DNA of 64,000 bases from Candidatus Micrarchaeota archaeon (lineage in GTDB: Archaea; Micrarchaeota; Micrarchaeia; Norongarragalinales; Norongarragalinaceae): assembly GCA_964580705.1 (NCBI GenBank), contig CAZOKY010000001.1:1224-65223 (forward strand). Reading direction: 5' to 3'. Position 1 is the stretch's first letter, and each line of letters starts with the position of its first letter. Shown here piece after piece: positions 55,571 through 64,000 of this stretch. The notes under the pieces are model-generated. The model was not told where the DNA came from and did not search any database. It saw only the letters and a list, made by a program, of their open reading frames with translations. The translations under genes were made by a program, and so were the position numbers.

Positions 55571-56998
55571 TCAACGCATGATCTTGTTGAGAACGGGATA
55601 CATTTCAAACAACTGCTGCTTCGCGAGATCCTCGTAAAAACGGTAAATGATTCCGACGGTGAGCAGAATTCCCGTGCCCGTCCCCAGCGCACCCGTGATG
55701 TCCGCGAACCACGCCAGAACACCCACGAAAATACTGCCTAAAATCGTGATTATGGGAATATACCGCTCGAGAATCTTTTCCGTCACGCGCGGGTCCTGCC
55801 TGAAGCCGGGAATCTGCAACCCCGCCCGATTCAACTGCCCGGCAACCTCCTTCGCGCCCATACCCGTACTCTCAATCCAAAACCAACCGAAAACAACGCA
55901 CAAAAGCACCAAGACGACTCCGTAAACCAACGCGTGCAAAATCTCGTTCGGCTGGGAAATGAATTGCAAATACGTTTGGTAACCCCCCATCAGCAACGGA
56001 GACGGAAGCGAGTTAACGTAGTAAGCGAACCCGCTGATCGGACGATTATCCTGGTACTCCCCGAGAAAACCAGCGCGGTGAGTCATGCTCCCATCTATGG
56101 GCGCGGAAGTAAACATGCCGACTAGCTGGATGTTGAGGATGACTGCGCTCGCGAGAATAACGGGAATGTTCGAGACGTACAGGAACTTTATCGGGTAACG
56201 CGCCCCCAAACCGCGCGCTCTTCCGTAAGCGAGCGGCAGCTCTATCTTCATTCCTTCCACGTAAACGACGACTAGAAAGACGACGATCGTGAAAACTATC
56301 GGGACTACGCTCCAAATCGCGTTCAACACGTCGCCGCTCGCGAGAGCGTACAACGCGCCGGGAATGAGTCCAGCGGGAATACCCGTCGCGCCCGGCACGA
56401 GGCTCAACGAACCGATGAAAACGGATTGGCAGACGCCCGCCGCGATGAACAACGATATACCCGAACCGATTCCGTACTTCTGCACGACTTCATCGAGGTA
56501 AAGCAGTATCACGGAAGCGAGAGCGAGTTGTAATACGACGATGATTTGCGTCAATAAAAACGAGCCGAAAAGCATTCCCGATTGCGACGCGGGCAAATAA
56601 CCGCTGAAAACGTATATTCCCGCCTCGAAAAAACTGAGCAGAACCGCGAGAAGCTTTTGGAGGCCTTGAAAACGCTTTTTGCCTTCAGGATCGCTCAAGT
56701 CCACGTTGATGAGTTTCGCGCCGACCGCGAGTTGAAGGAAAATGCTGGCGAGCACGATGGGGCCGATTCCCGCGGTAATGAGCGTGCCCATGCGGCTGCC
56801 GAGCAGAATGTCGAGGCGCTCGAAACTCGTTATGCGCGAGTAATCCGCTCCGATCGGGTAAATCTGCCCGAGAATGAAGAAGACGAGCAGCACGGCTGCG
56901 GTCCACAAAAGTTTTTGCTTTAGCGGCGCGGCGCGTTCGGCGCGCTTTACTTCAGGCAGAATGCTCAGCAGCGGATCTAAAGCGCTCCAAAAGCCCAT
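55571..56998 (-). CDS. secY: preprotein translocase SecY
   Basis: 10-TM SecY sequence; conserved position after L15. Confidence 0.95.
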   Translation of the reverse strand: MGFWSALDPLLSILPEVKRAERAAPLKQKLLWTAAVLLVFFILGQIYPIGADYSRITSFERLDILLGSRMGTLITAGIGPIVLASIFLQLAVGAKLINVDLSDPEGKKRFQGLQKLLAVLLSFFEAGIYVFSGYLPASQSGMLFGSFLLTQIIVVLQLALASVILLYLDEVVQKYGIGSGISLFIAAGVCQSVFIGSLSLVPGATGIPAGLIPGALYALASGDVLNAIWSVVPIVFTIVVFLVVVYVEGMKIELPLAYGRARGLGARYPIKFLYVSNIPVILASAVILNIQLVGMFTSAPIDGSMTHRAGFLGEYQDNRPISGFAYYVNSLPSPLLMGGYQTYLQFISQPNEILHALVYGVVLVLLCVVFGWFWIESTGMGAKEVAGQLNRAGLQIPGFRQDPRVTEKILERYIPIITILGSIFVGVLAWFADITGALGTGTGILLTVGIIYRFYEDLAKQQLFEMYPVLNKIMR

Positions 56999-57115
56999 GA
57001 TTCAAAACCCACTTCGAAAAATTTAAGCTCGCAACGGAATAAAAAAACAAAAAAAACTGAAAACGCGGACGAAAATAAACGCAGACTGATTTAAAAAACC
57101 GCGTTGAAACGCTTT

Positions 57116-57206
57116 GAAACGGAAAGAAACGGAAAGAAACGAAAAGAAAAGGAATTAAAAGGAAAAAAGAAAAAAGGAAAAAAGAAAAAAGGAAAAAAGA
57201 AAAAAG
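57116..57206. repeat. purine-rich tandem repeats in the secY upstream region
   Basis: gaaacggaaa x3, then ggaaaaaagaaaaaa x3. Confidence 0.5.
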
Positions 57207-57213
57207 CAAAACG

Positions 57214-57645
57214 TCACTCGGTTGAAACCGTTCCGCCAGCCGCAATTATCTTCTGTTTCGCCTTCTCGGAAACGCCGCCCGCGCGCAACGCTATTTTCGA
57301 GCGCAAAACACCGCCCGACAATACCTTGCAGTCGCGCAACGACAACGCGTAAACCCCGTCGGCGCCGGCAGCGTGCTTGCCCGCGTCGATCGCGCTTTGA
57401 ATCTCGCGAAGGCTCGTCTCGAGCAGTCTCGCGCGCTTTCGCGACGCCGCAGTCGGGTTCACGAAACCTTTTTCGCCGTGAATCTCGCCGCGCTTTATCG
57501 TTTGAAGCCACTTGTGCTTGTGGAATCCCGCGCGCCCGACGCCTCCACGCGAGCCTTTGCCGCGGCGGTTCTTCGTGTTTCCACCGCCGTGCGTGCGGTT
57601 GCCTAAAAACTTTTTCTTTCCGCGCGAACGAATTCTTCGAGCCAT
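57214..57645 (-). CDS. rpl15: ribosomal protein L15
   Basis: uL15 G/R/K-rich N-terminus and core. Confidence 0.9.
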   Translation of the reverse strand: MARRIRSRGKKKFLGNRTHGGGNTKNRRGKGSRGGVGRAGFHKHKWLQTIKRGEIHGEKGFVNPTAASRKRARLLETSLREIQSAIDAGKHAAGADGVYALSLRDCKVLSGGVLRSKIALRAGGVSEKAKQKIIAAGGTVSTE

Positions 57646-57690
57646 AAAACAAAAACCCCTTTAAACGTCAAAACGCCAAATTCAACAACG

Positions 57691-58038
57691 TCAAATCATC
57701 GCTTTAATCAAGTCGTTTATTTTCTCGCCGCGGTAGCCGAGCGCGCCTTTCGGGTAGTGCTGGCGAATCCCGCCTTTGAAGCCGCCGCGAGGAGGCTGCA
57801 AACGGTAAACGACTTTTTCTTCTCCAAACTTCTTCTTCAACAACGCAATCGTCTCGTCGCTCGCCTCACCCCAAGAAGCGTAATCGCGAATCTTCACGAG
57901 CATTCCGGTAGTCGAAACGTTTTGAGGAACGAGCACGCAATGATTCTTGCGAGTCAAACGAAACGCCCGAAAAATGCTTTCAACTCGCTCGCGCGTCCTC
58001 ATGACGCCTCGAATCCTTACGACGGCAAACAAAACCAC
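57691..58038 (-). CDS. rpl30: ribosomal protein L30
   Basis: FAVVRIRG ... uL30 sequence. GTG start. Confidence 0.9.
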   Translation of the reverse strand: MVLFAVVRIRGVMRTRERVESIFRAFRLTRKNHCVLVPQNVSTTGMLVKIRDYASWGEASDETIALLKKKFGEEKVVYRLQPPRGGFKGGIRQHYPKGALGYRGEKINDLIKAMI

Positions 58039-58070
58039 GAAAACTCAACTCCCTCATTAAAACCAAAAAA

Positions 58071-58955
58071 TCATTTTTCAACTGCAGAATCCGATTCGGG
58101 TTTTTGAACCGCGTCGGAAACGCTCGACTGCCCAGCAACGCCTTCCGCGCCGGCCGCGGCGGCTCCGCCAGCTGCTTCGCCAACTGCTTCGCCAACGGCG
58201 CCGGCTTGCTCTTCGCCTGCTTCGTCAGCCTCGCTTTCGCTGGAACCGTCGGTTCCCTTCTTCAAGCTGTTAAGCGAATTCAAAGCGTTGATCGTCGCCA
58301 AAATCATGTTGAGCACGTTTCGGGTGCGCCCCTTCGCGAAACTCCAAGCGTCGTGAACTCCCGCCAGCTCCAAAACTTTTTTCGCCGTACCGCCAGCCAC
58401 GAGTCCGACTCCTCGCGGCGCCGGCTTGATCCAAATGTGAGTGCTGCCGCTGTTTCCATGTACTTCGCGAAGAACGGTGTGAGGTTGTCCGCAACCGCAC
58501 TCCCACGAGCCGCAACCGAGGCTCACTCGCACTAGGTTTTTCTTGGCGTCCAACACGGCTTCGCTGATCGCGTCCCTGCTTTCAGGCGCCTTGCCCATGC
58601 CGACGCCTACGTAACCGCTTCTGTTGCCGACGAGCACGACGGCGCGCATCTGCATTTTGCGGCCGCAACCCGTCATTCTTTGCGTGCTTGAAACTTCCAT
58701 GACTTCTTCCGCGAGCTGTCCTTTAAGCAAGAAATCGATTATTTGCGGTTCGAGAATCTTGCGCCCGCTGTTGAAAACCGCTTCAAGCGACGAATACTCG
58801 CCCGCAACTACTTTTTTCCCTAACTCGGTCCGCGGAACCCACTCGGCTTGAGCCGGTTCCTCGCGGCGCCTGCGGAAACCGCCTTCTCGGCCGCCCGGCC
58901 TTCCGCCCCTGCCGCGTTCATCGCTTTTTCCGCGACCGCGTTTTGTAAAAGCCAA
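58071..58955 (-). CDS. rps5: ribosomal protein S5 with an RGG-rich N-terminus and a ~60-aa acidic G/A/E-rich C-terminal tail
   Basis: S5 dsRBD plus C-terminal domain (VVLVGNRSGYVGVGMGKA). TTG start. Confidence 0.85.
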   Translation of the reverse strand: MAFTKRGRGKSDERGRGGRPGGREGGFRRRREEPAQAEWVPRTELGKKVVAGEYSSLEAVFNSGRKILEPQIIDFLLKGQLAEEVMEVSSTQRMTGCGRKMQMRAVVLVGNRSGYVGVGMGKAPESRDAISEAVLDAKKNLVRVSLGCGSWECGCGQPHTVLREVHGNSGSTHIWIKPAPRGVGLVAGGTAKKVLELAGVHDAWSFAKGRTRNVLNMILATINALNSLNSLKKGTDGSSESEADEAGEEQAGAVGEAVGEAAGGAAAAGAEGVAGQSSVSDAVQKPESDSAVEK

Positions 58956-58982
58956 TCAACAACACGCTCCCTTTAACTTTTT

Positions 58983-59045
58983 TTAAACTTTTTTAAGTTT
59001 TTTTAACTTTTTTTAACTTTTTTTCTGTTTTTGGTAAACGCTTAT
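58983..59045. repeat. phased 9-10-nt A/T-tract tandem repeat between L18 and S5
   Basis: (ttttttaac / ttttttaag)n, about 6 copies. Confidence 0.5.
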
Positions 59046-59534
59046 CTTGTTCTTCGCTTCCGCGAACTGTTTCTGCGCGGCTTCGTTCAAGTGTTTTCCT
59101 TCAATTCGCTCCGCGCTCGGAATCTTGTCCGGGGAAAACGGCGCCTTGAGTCCCGCGTCAACCGCGCCCTTCAACGCCGCGAAAACGACTGCGCCTTTCG
59201 AAGCAGTCTGCAAACCCAAGTCGAGCACGAACTCGCGCACCCCGCTCGCCGCGGCGCGTTTCGCCGCAAGCATGCCCGTGAGGTAAGCGCTCGGCGTGTT
59301 GCACTTGCCGTCGAAACCGAATTCCTTCAATTCGGAAGAACAAGCGCTTGCAACTACCGCGTCGCCCGCTTCGCGGAAATCGCAGAATTGGGCGTAAACG
59401 AACTGGTTCGTCTTGCGAACTACGAGGCGCGTCTTGCCGCTCTTCAGCAACGCGAGGCGCTTCTCGTAATCCGTCTTGTTCTCGCGCCTGCGGCGGAAGT
59501 GAACCGAATACAAAGGACCGAAAGCTTTAGCCAT
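59013..59534 (-). CDS. rpl18: ribosomal protein L18
   Basis: uL18 sequence. Confidence 0.9.
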   Translation of the reverse strand: MAKAFGPLYSVHFRRRRENKTDYEKRLALLKSGKTRLVVRKTNQFVYAQFCDFREAGDAVVASACSSELKEFGFDGKCNTPSAYLTGMLAAKRAAASGVREFVLDLGLQTASKGAVVFAALKGAVDAGLKAPFSPDKIPSAERIEGKHLNEAAQKQFAEAKNKISVYQKQKKS

Positions 59535-59589
59535 AATTCATCAACATTTTCCGATTTCCGTTTTTTTTCAATTTTTTCAATCTTTAAAT

Positions 59590-60015
59590 TCAACGCTTCT
59601 CCAAGCCGCGGACAAACTCCGCCAACTGCCTCTTGTTCTTGAAGAAACCTCCTTTAATCATTCTGTAAGCGCGCCGGTAATCCTTGCGTTCAACCTTTCC
59701 TTTCCGCAACGCCAACGCGCGCCTCAAACAGCGGACGAGCGCGATCCATTCGCTTTTCCCGCGCGACGCAACGCTTCCCTTCACGCTTCCCGCGCCCCGC
59801 CTGCGCCCCGAGTGCGTGCGTTGTTGCTTGAAACGGGCTTTCGCGCGCCCCGAACCCTTCGCTTTCACGACTGCCACCGCGCCTTCCGAGAAAAGCGTGC
59901 GCACGTCGTCGCGAGTCAACGCCTCGTTCGCGCGCTTCGCGTCGACGACGCGTATGCGCGATTCGCCTACGCCGGCTACGGCGGCGGCGAGCCTTCGAAC
60001 GGTTTTAAGCGTCAT
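59590..60015 (-). CDS. rpl19e: ribosomal protein L19e
   Basis: L19e sequence. Confidence 0.9.
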   Translation of the reverse strand: MTLKTVRRLAAAVAGVGESRIRVVDAKRANEALTRDDVRTLFSEGAVAVVKAKGSGRAKARFKQQRTHSGRRRGAGSVKGSVASRGKSEWIALVRCLRRALALRKGKVERKDYRRAYRMIKGGFFKNKRQLAEFVRGLEKR

Positions 60016-60094
60016 GAATCATTTTCACTTCCTCGTTTCAACACGCAATGCTTTTGCGTTTTCTCTTCAATAAATTTCTTTTTACAAAATCTTT

Positions 60095-60439
60095 TTACAA
60101 AACCTTGACGTCGAGCTGTACGGCGCGGGCGCGAATCGCTGCGCGCTTGCGTTTGCCCACGCACGCCGCAATGCGCGCGGCATCCGTAACGCAGTCGAGT
60201 TTTTCCAAATCCGCTTCGTTGAAAACGCGTATCTCGCGCAAACCGCACGGGTGCAAGCCGCGAGTCGCGCGCGCGTTCCTGTAACCGATGCTCGGCGAAG
60301 CTCCAAAACCCCACTTGTAAATGCGTTGCTTGTTGTCGATTCCGCGCGGCTTGCGCCACCCCGTGACGGTCACGCGCCTTTTCAAGTGCACGTTCTGCCT
60401 CTGGAATTTCGGATGCTTTTTCTTGACTATCTTGTTCAT
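60095..60439 (-). CDS. rpl32e: ribosomal protein L32e
   Basis: KKKHPKFQRQ ... ATG 60439. Confidence 0.85.
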   Translation of the reverse strand: MNKIVKKKHPKFQRQNVHLKRRVTVTGWRKPRGIDNKQRIYKWGFGASPSIGYRNARATRGLHPCGLREIRVFNEADLEKLDCVTDAARIAACVGKRKRAAIRARAVQLDVKVL

Positions 60440-60464
60440 GAAAACCACTTAAAAACCACTTTTT

Positions 60465-60968
60465 TTACTCCGAGTAATAAACGCCGTCCTGGAAGACGCG
60501 AACGTCGCGCGCCTTGATTTTCGTGGCGCGGACGATGTTGTTCGCCGTTTGCCCGACGTCTTCCTTGTCCTTGCCTTTAACCGTGACAATGTTTCCCGCC
60601 ACGCTCACGGACGCGTCGCCGCAAACTCTTGCTTTTCGCGAGAGTTTCTCGCCCAAAAAATTCTTTATCGCGACGTCTTTGCCTTTGACTTCTATTGAAA
60701 TCGGGAAGTGCGCGAAAACTACTTCCAAACGCTTCTCGAAACCTTTAGTCAAACCGGCAGCCATATTGCGCGCGTGCGCTTCGACCGAGTGCGCGGCAGC
60801 CCTCAACGCGCGCGTTTCCTTGCGCCTGGGCTTGACTACGAGCTCGCCGTTTTCGACTTTCACGTCCAGCAAACGCGAATTGAATTTCTTTTCGAGTGCG
60901 CCGCCGCTCGCTTTAACTCGCAAGACGTCGCCGGCGACTTCGATTGAAACCCCTTCAGGAACCTTCAT
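60465..60968 (-). CDS. rpl6: ribosomal protein L6
   Basis: Two uL6 repeats. ATG 60968 (MKVPEGV). Confidence 0.9.
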   Translation of the reverse strand: MKVPEGVSIEVAGDVLRVKASGGALEKKFNSRLLDVKVENGELVVKPRRKETRALRAAAHSVEAHARNMAAGLTKGFEKRLEVVFAHFPISIEVKGKDVAIKNFLGEKLSRKARVCGDASVSVAGNIVTVKGKDKEDVGQTANNIVRATKIKARDVRVFQDGVYYSE

Positions 60969-61018
60969 TTTACAAAAAACCTTTTTCAAAACCGTTAAAC
61001 AAAAACCGTTTCAGCAAA

Positions 61019-61402
61019 TCAATAAACGAACGCTATCAAACGGCCGCCCGTCTTCGCCTGCTTCGCCGCGCGGTGCGTAAGCAAACCCTTCGGCGTCGAA
61101 ACGACGAGCAACCCGACGTCCCTCGACGGGAGAAAACGCTGTTCGTACTTCTCGAAGTCCACGAACTTGACGGCGAAACGCGGCTTCACCACGCCGCACT
61201 CGTTGATTTTGCCGAGCAGCTTCACGATGAATTCCCCGCTTTTTCCGTCGTCCACGAACTCGAACTCGCCGAGATAACCGTTCTGCTGCAAAAGCAACAA
61301 CGTCTCGCGCACGAGCTTCGACGCGGGCCTAATCCGCGTTTCGTTCGCTCCCTTCGCTTCCGCTACCTTGATCGAGTTCAACGCGTGAGCCAAAACATCC
61401 AT
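61019..61402 (-). CDS. rps8: ribosomal protein S8
   Basis: uS8 sequence. Confidence 0.9.
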   Translation of the reverse strand: MDVLAHALNSIKVAEAKGANETRIRPASKLVRETLLLLQQNGYLGEFEFVDDGKSGEFIVKLLGKINECGVVKPRFAVKFVDFEKYEQRFLPSRDVGLLVVSTPKGLLTHRAAKQAKTGGRLIAFVY

Positions 61403-61453
61403 TTCAAACCAAATCCTTCCAAATATTTCATTAACCGTTTTTTGTTCCTTCGT

Positions 61454-61615
61454 TTAATAGTATTTCTTGAAGCCGATGCTGTTGGCGTGCTCTCGGAAGC
61501 AACGCCTGCACAAGTACAAATCGTACTTGCGGATCAAGCCGTGCACGTTGCCGCAAATGCGGCACTTCCTGACGCCGCGATGCTTTCTCTTCGACTCCAG
61601 TTTTTGAACCAACAA
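61454..61615 (-). CDS. rps14: ribosomal protein S14 (zinc-binding type Z, ~53 aa)
   Basis: My own translation, in a different frame from track ORF 61431..61697: [53 protein letters not shown], with the C..C ... C..C zinc motif. TTG start; there is no in-frame ATG. Confidence 0.75.
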   Translation of the reverse strand: MLVQKLESKRKHRGVRKCRICGNVHGLIRKYDLYLCRRCFREHANSIGFKKYY

Positions 61616-61641
61616 ACCACCTGAAAAACATTAAAGGAAAA

Positions 61642-62169
61642 TCATTCTTCTTCTTTTGAAACGACTGAAACGCCGAACGCCTTCGTAACGAAATCAATTG
61701 CCTCGCGCTTGGAAACGCGTTGCTTCCTGCTGAGCCTGCGCTTCGCGATGCGCCTGCGGCCGACTCGCGCGCCCGCCTTGCTGAGCGTCAAGCAAACGTC
61801 GAAGCCTATCATTCCCAGCGAAGGGTCGTACTTCATCCCCGGCAAGTCGATGTACTCCTTCACGCCGAACGCCACGTTTCCATAGTCGTCGAACGAGCGC
61901 TCGCTGATTTTTCCGTCGACTACTTCAAGCGCCTTCTTGAGGAACGCCGCCGCCTCCGTTCCGCGCAGCGTGACTTTCACCCCGATTTCGTCGCCCTTGC
62001 GGACGTTGAACGCGGGATTGCGGGCGCGCGCTTTAGTCGCAACGGCTTTTCGCCCCGTAATGCGTTCGAGAAGCGAGCGCGAATTCTCCAGCTTCTGCCC
62101 CGCTTCGCCCGAACCAATGTTGAGCGTGACTTTCTCGAGAAACGCCTCGCTCATCGTTTTTCCAGCCAT
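61642..62169 (-). CDS. rpl5: ribosomal protein L5
   Basis: uL5 sequence. ATG 62169; the track N-terminus comes from an A-rich tract. Confidence 0.9.
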   Translation of the reverse strand: MAGKTMSEAFLEKVTLNIGSGEAGQKLENSRSLLERITGRKAVATKARARNPAFNVRKGDEIGVKVTLRGTEAAAFLKKALEVVDGKISERSFDDYGNVAFGVKEYIDLPGMKYDPSLGMIGFDVCLTLSKAGARVGRRRIAKRRLSRKQRVSKREAIDFVTKAFGVSVVSKEEE

Positions 62170-62222
62170 GAAAACCAAAACCAAAAACAAAATCAAAAAC
62201 AAAAACTTTTTCGAAAAACCGT

Positions 62223-62933
62223 TTACGCGGCTTGCATCGACTTCACGAATTCTTCATCCACGACGAAAACGTAATCCTTCAGCGTCACGAGTTCCGACCC
62301 GCCTTCGACGACGAGCTTCGCGTTCCTGCCTTCAGCGGACACGAGCCGTCCCATGGCGCCCGAGTGTTTTCCGTGCGAGACGTAACACCACGCGTTCTTC
62401 TCGAGTTTGAGGAAACCCTTGAGTTCCTGCTTGGGAACCCCGATTTTAACGGTGTCGCCAGTCTTGAAGCGGTCCTCTTCTTTCTCAATCAAGATGCTGC
62501 GGCCGTCGTGCAAAACGAGTTGCACGCGTCCTTTCTTCACCGTGTTCTTGCCGTTCACGCGGCAGTACTTCACGTTCGCCGCATCGCCGGAAATCGCCTT
62601 CAAGTCGAGCTTGTTCTTTCGAAGCAAAACGCGGTAAAACACGTTCACGAGAGGAATTGACACGACGCTCATCAAACCGACGGGAAAACCGGCGTCGCGC
62701 ACCACTCTGCCATCCACGAGAACGCTTTTCTCGTTGAAGACTTTCTTCGCTTCGCGCGCGTCGCCCGCCAAGCGCAACGCATCGCGCAAAACCATGAGCA
62801 ACGGCATTGATTCTGCAAGCGCGCCCGGTCCCGCGACCGCTTTCTTCACGAATTTGGTTTCCTTTCGGGAAACGCGCAACGCGATTGGCGCCGCGAGAGC
62901 CTTCAAGTGCCTTGCACAACCGTGTCCAGCCAT
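62223..62933 (-). CDS. rps4e: ribosomal protein S4e
   Basis: S4e sequence with a KOW region. Confidence 0.9.
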   Translation of the reverse strand: MAGHGCARHLKALAAPIALRVSRKETKFVKKAVAGPGALAESMPLLMVLRDALRLAGDAREAKKVFNEKSVLVDGRVVRDAGFPVGLMSVVSIPLVNVFYRVLLRKNKLDLKAISGDAANVKYCRVNGKNTVKKGRVQLVLHDGRSILIEKEEDRFKTGDTVKIGVPKQELKGFLKLEKNAWCYVSHGKHSGAMGRLVSAEGRNAKLVVEGGSELVTLKDYVFVVDEEFVKSMQAA

Positions 62934-62942
62934 AAAAACAAA

Positions 62943-63425
62943 TCACTTCTTCAATTCTTCAATCTTCGCTACATTCGACGCCGCATTCGTTGCCGCGTTC
63001 GCCACCGCATTCGTCGCCGCGTTCGACGCCGCGGGTTTAACCGCTTCGAACGCCTTCTTTGCTTCTTGCTTTTTTTCCTTGCGCTTCGGAGTGCGGGCAG
63101 CCAACTCGATTATCAAGAGCTTGCTCGCGTGAATCGGAACCGGAACTTCCTTGCCGCTTTGCTTCTTGCGCACGATTCCTTCGATGACCGCGCTGGAATC
63201 CTTCAAGTAAACGCTGAAAACTTTGCCTTCCTTTTTCTTGAAGGAACCGCGCAACACGCGCACTTTGTCTCCTTTCTTGAGTTGCACGCTGCGCTTCTTC
63301 ATCTTCGCCCTCAACTCTTTCGACAAGTGCGCAGCCGCGAGCTTTTGCCTAGCGTGAAGCGGAGCCTCGTAAAGCGCCAAACGCTTTTTGCGCGGCTTCG
63401 CGGAAAACGGATTCAAAAACCTCAT
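62943..63425 (-). CDS. rpl24: ribosomal protein L24 with an A/N/T-rich C-terminal tail
   Basis: KOW motif (KKGDKVRVLRGSFKKKEGKV). ATG 63425. Confidence 0.9.
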   Translation of the reverse strand: MRFLNPFSAKPRKKRLALYEAPLHARQKLAAAHLSKELRAKMKKRSVQLKKGDKVRVLRGSFKKKEGKVFSVYLKDSSAVIEGIVRKKQSGKEVPVPIHASKLLIIELAARTPKRKEKKQEAKKAFEAVKPAASNAATNAVANAATNAASNVAKIEELKK

Positions 63426-63468
63426 GATTTTTTTCAACTTCGCTTCATTTTTTTCTTTTTTTATTCGC

Positions 63469-63864
63469 TTAAACGACTGCCGTAGCTATCGCCACGACTT
63501 TAGGGTAACGTTCCGCGATTTCGCGAGCCACGCAACCCTTGATTTCCGTCGCACGAGGCAAACCGGCATCGTCGATGAGAACGCAAGCATTGTCTTCGAA
63601 ACGCACCCTCTCCTTTCCGCGCCTGTACTCGCGGCGTTGGCGGATTATGACCGCGCGTTCCTTCTTCTTCACCATGTCGGGCTTGCCTTTCTTTACCGCG
63701 ACGATTACCAGGCTGCCGACGCCCGCTGAGGGAACTCGGCGCAAACGCGAGCGCGAACCCAAAATGCCGATTATCTGGACTACTTTAGCGCCCGAGTTGT
63801 CGTCGCAAACGAGCCTCGTGCCTATAGTGAGTCCGGCTGTTATCCGCGCAGTCAAACCAAGCAT
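63469..63864 (-). CDS. rpl14: ribosomal protein L14
   Basis: uL14 sequence (VCDDNSGAK ...). Confidence 0.9.
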   Translation of the reverse strand: MLGLTARITAGLTIGTRLVCDDNSGAKVVQIIGILGSRSRLRRVPSAGVGSLVIVAVKKGKPDMVKKKERAVIIRQRREYRRGKERVRFEDNACVLIDDAGLPRATEIKGCVAREIAERYPKVVAIATAVV

Positions 63865-63918
63865 TTCAAAAACACCGAAAAATAATTTCCTTAAAACGTT
63901 TCAAATAAAATTTAAAAG

Positions 63919-64000
63919 TTATTCTTTTATTACGACGTGCGACTTCGTTTTGCTGAGCTTCCTGCATTCGGCGATTTTCACGGTTTCGCCTTCCTTGACT
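63919..64000 (-). CDS. rps17: ribosomal protein S17, C-terminal fragment at the window edge
   Basis: My own translation: ...KEGETVKIAECRKLSKTKSHVVIKE*. Confidence 0.6.
   Translation of the reverse strand, partial: VKEGETVKIAECRKLSKTKSHVVIKE

Noticed and set aside
56998-57214. Possible small gene in the 216-nt secY-L15 gap
   Set aside because: The sequence is purine or pyrimidine repeat DNA. Translations are poly-K/E or F/S low complexity without start context. It is treated as a repeat or regulatory region.
61431-61697. Track ORF (88 aa)
   Set aside because: Out of frame with respect to the conserved S14 zinc-ribbon protein encoded in the same region.

Overview
High-GC archaeal chromosome segment. 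Conserved informational gene clusters are interrupted by accessory or foreign-looking insertions. Gene content suggests a small-genome, possibly DPANN/Micrarchaeota-like archaeon: class I LysRS, a single-chain 397-aa tRNA splicing endonuclease, tRNAs with introns at non-canonical positions, and many ribosomal proteins carrying low-complexity tails. This lineage guess is inference only.

Left part (1-11.5 kb): a partial class I fumarate hydratase alpha subunit overlapping a malic enzyme, an Ogt/MGMT, ArgRS, a presenilin/SPP-type intramembrane protease, then the archaeal L30e-NusA-S12-S7-EF2 cluster.

Middle (11.5-46 kb): a YdbS/YdbT-like bPH2 membrane pair, LysRS-I, EndA, Sec61beta, an mtnA/mtnB-like pair, a paralogous pair of membrane-anchored proteins, Alba, tRNA-Val and tRNA-Ala (both intron-containing), Sm, MinD, NYN, TatD, aIF5A, MCM, the L1-L10-L12 stalk cluster, an AT-rich two-gene island (a variant-Cys radical-SAM SplB-like enzyme plus a partner), an oxidative-stress cluster (rubrerythrin, desulforedoxin, SOD), a split MgtE-like transporter, a copper-resistance island (membrane-bound wHTH sensor, Cys-rich membrane protein, YHS protein, CopZ, CopA), a HAD hydrolase, tRNA-Gly, tRNA-Pro and a LAGLIDADG-like ORF.

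Right part (46.8-64 kb, all minus strand): the RpoN-S9-L13-L18e-tRNALeu-RpoD-S11-S4-S13 cluster, a 400-nt non-coding gap that appears to hold a multi-intron tRNA-Ser, Cbf5, L14e-Cmk-L34e-DUF106-SecY, and the spc-type r-protein block L15-L30-S5-L18-L19e-L32e-L6-S8-S14-L5-S4e-L24-L14-S17.

Several real small genes fall below the 60-aa cutoff of the ORF track or sit in a frame it missed: desulforedoxin, Sec61beta, L14e, S14 and a 56-aa membrane protein.
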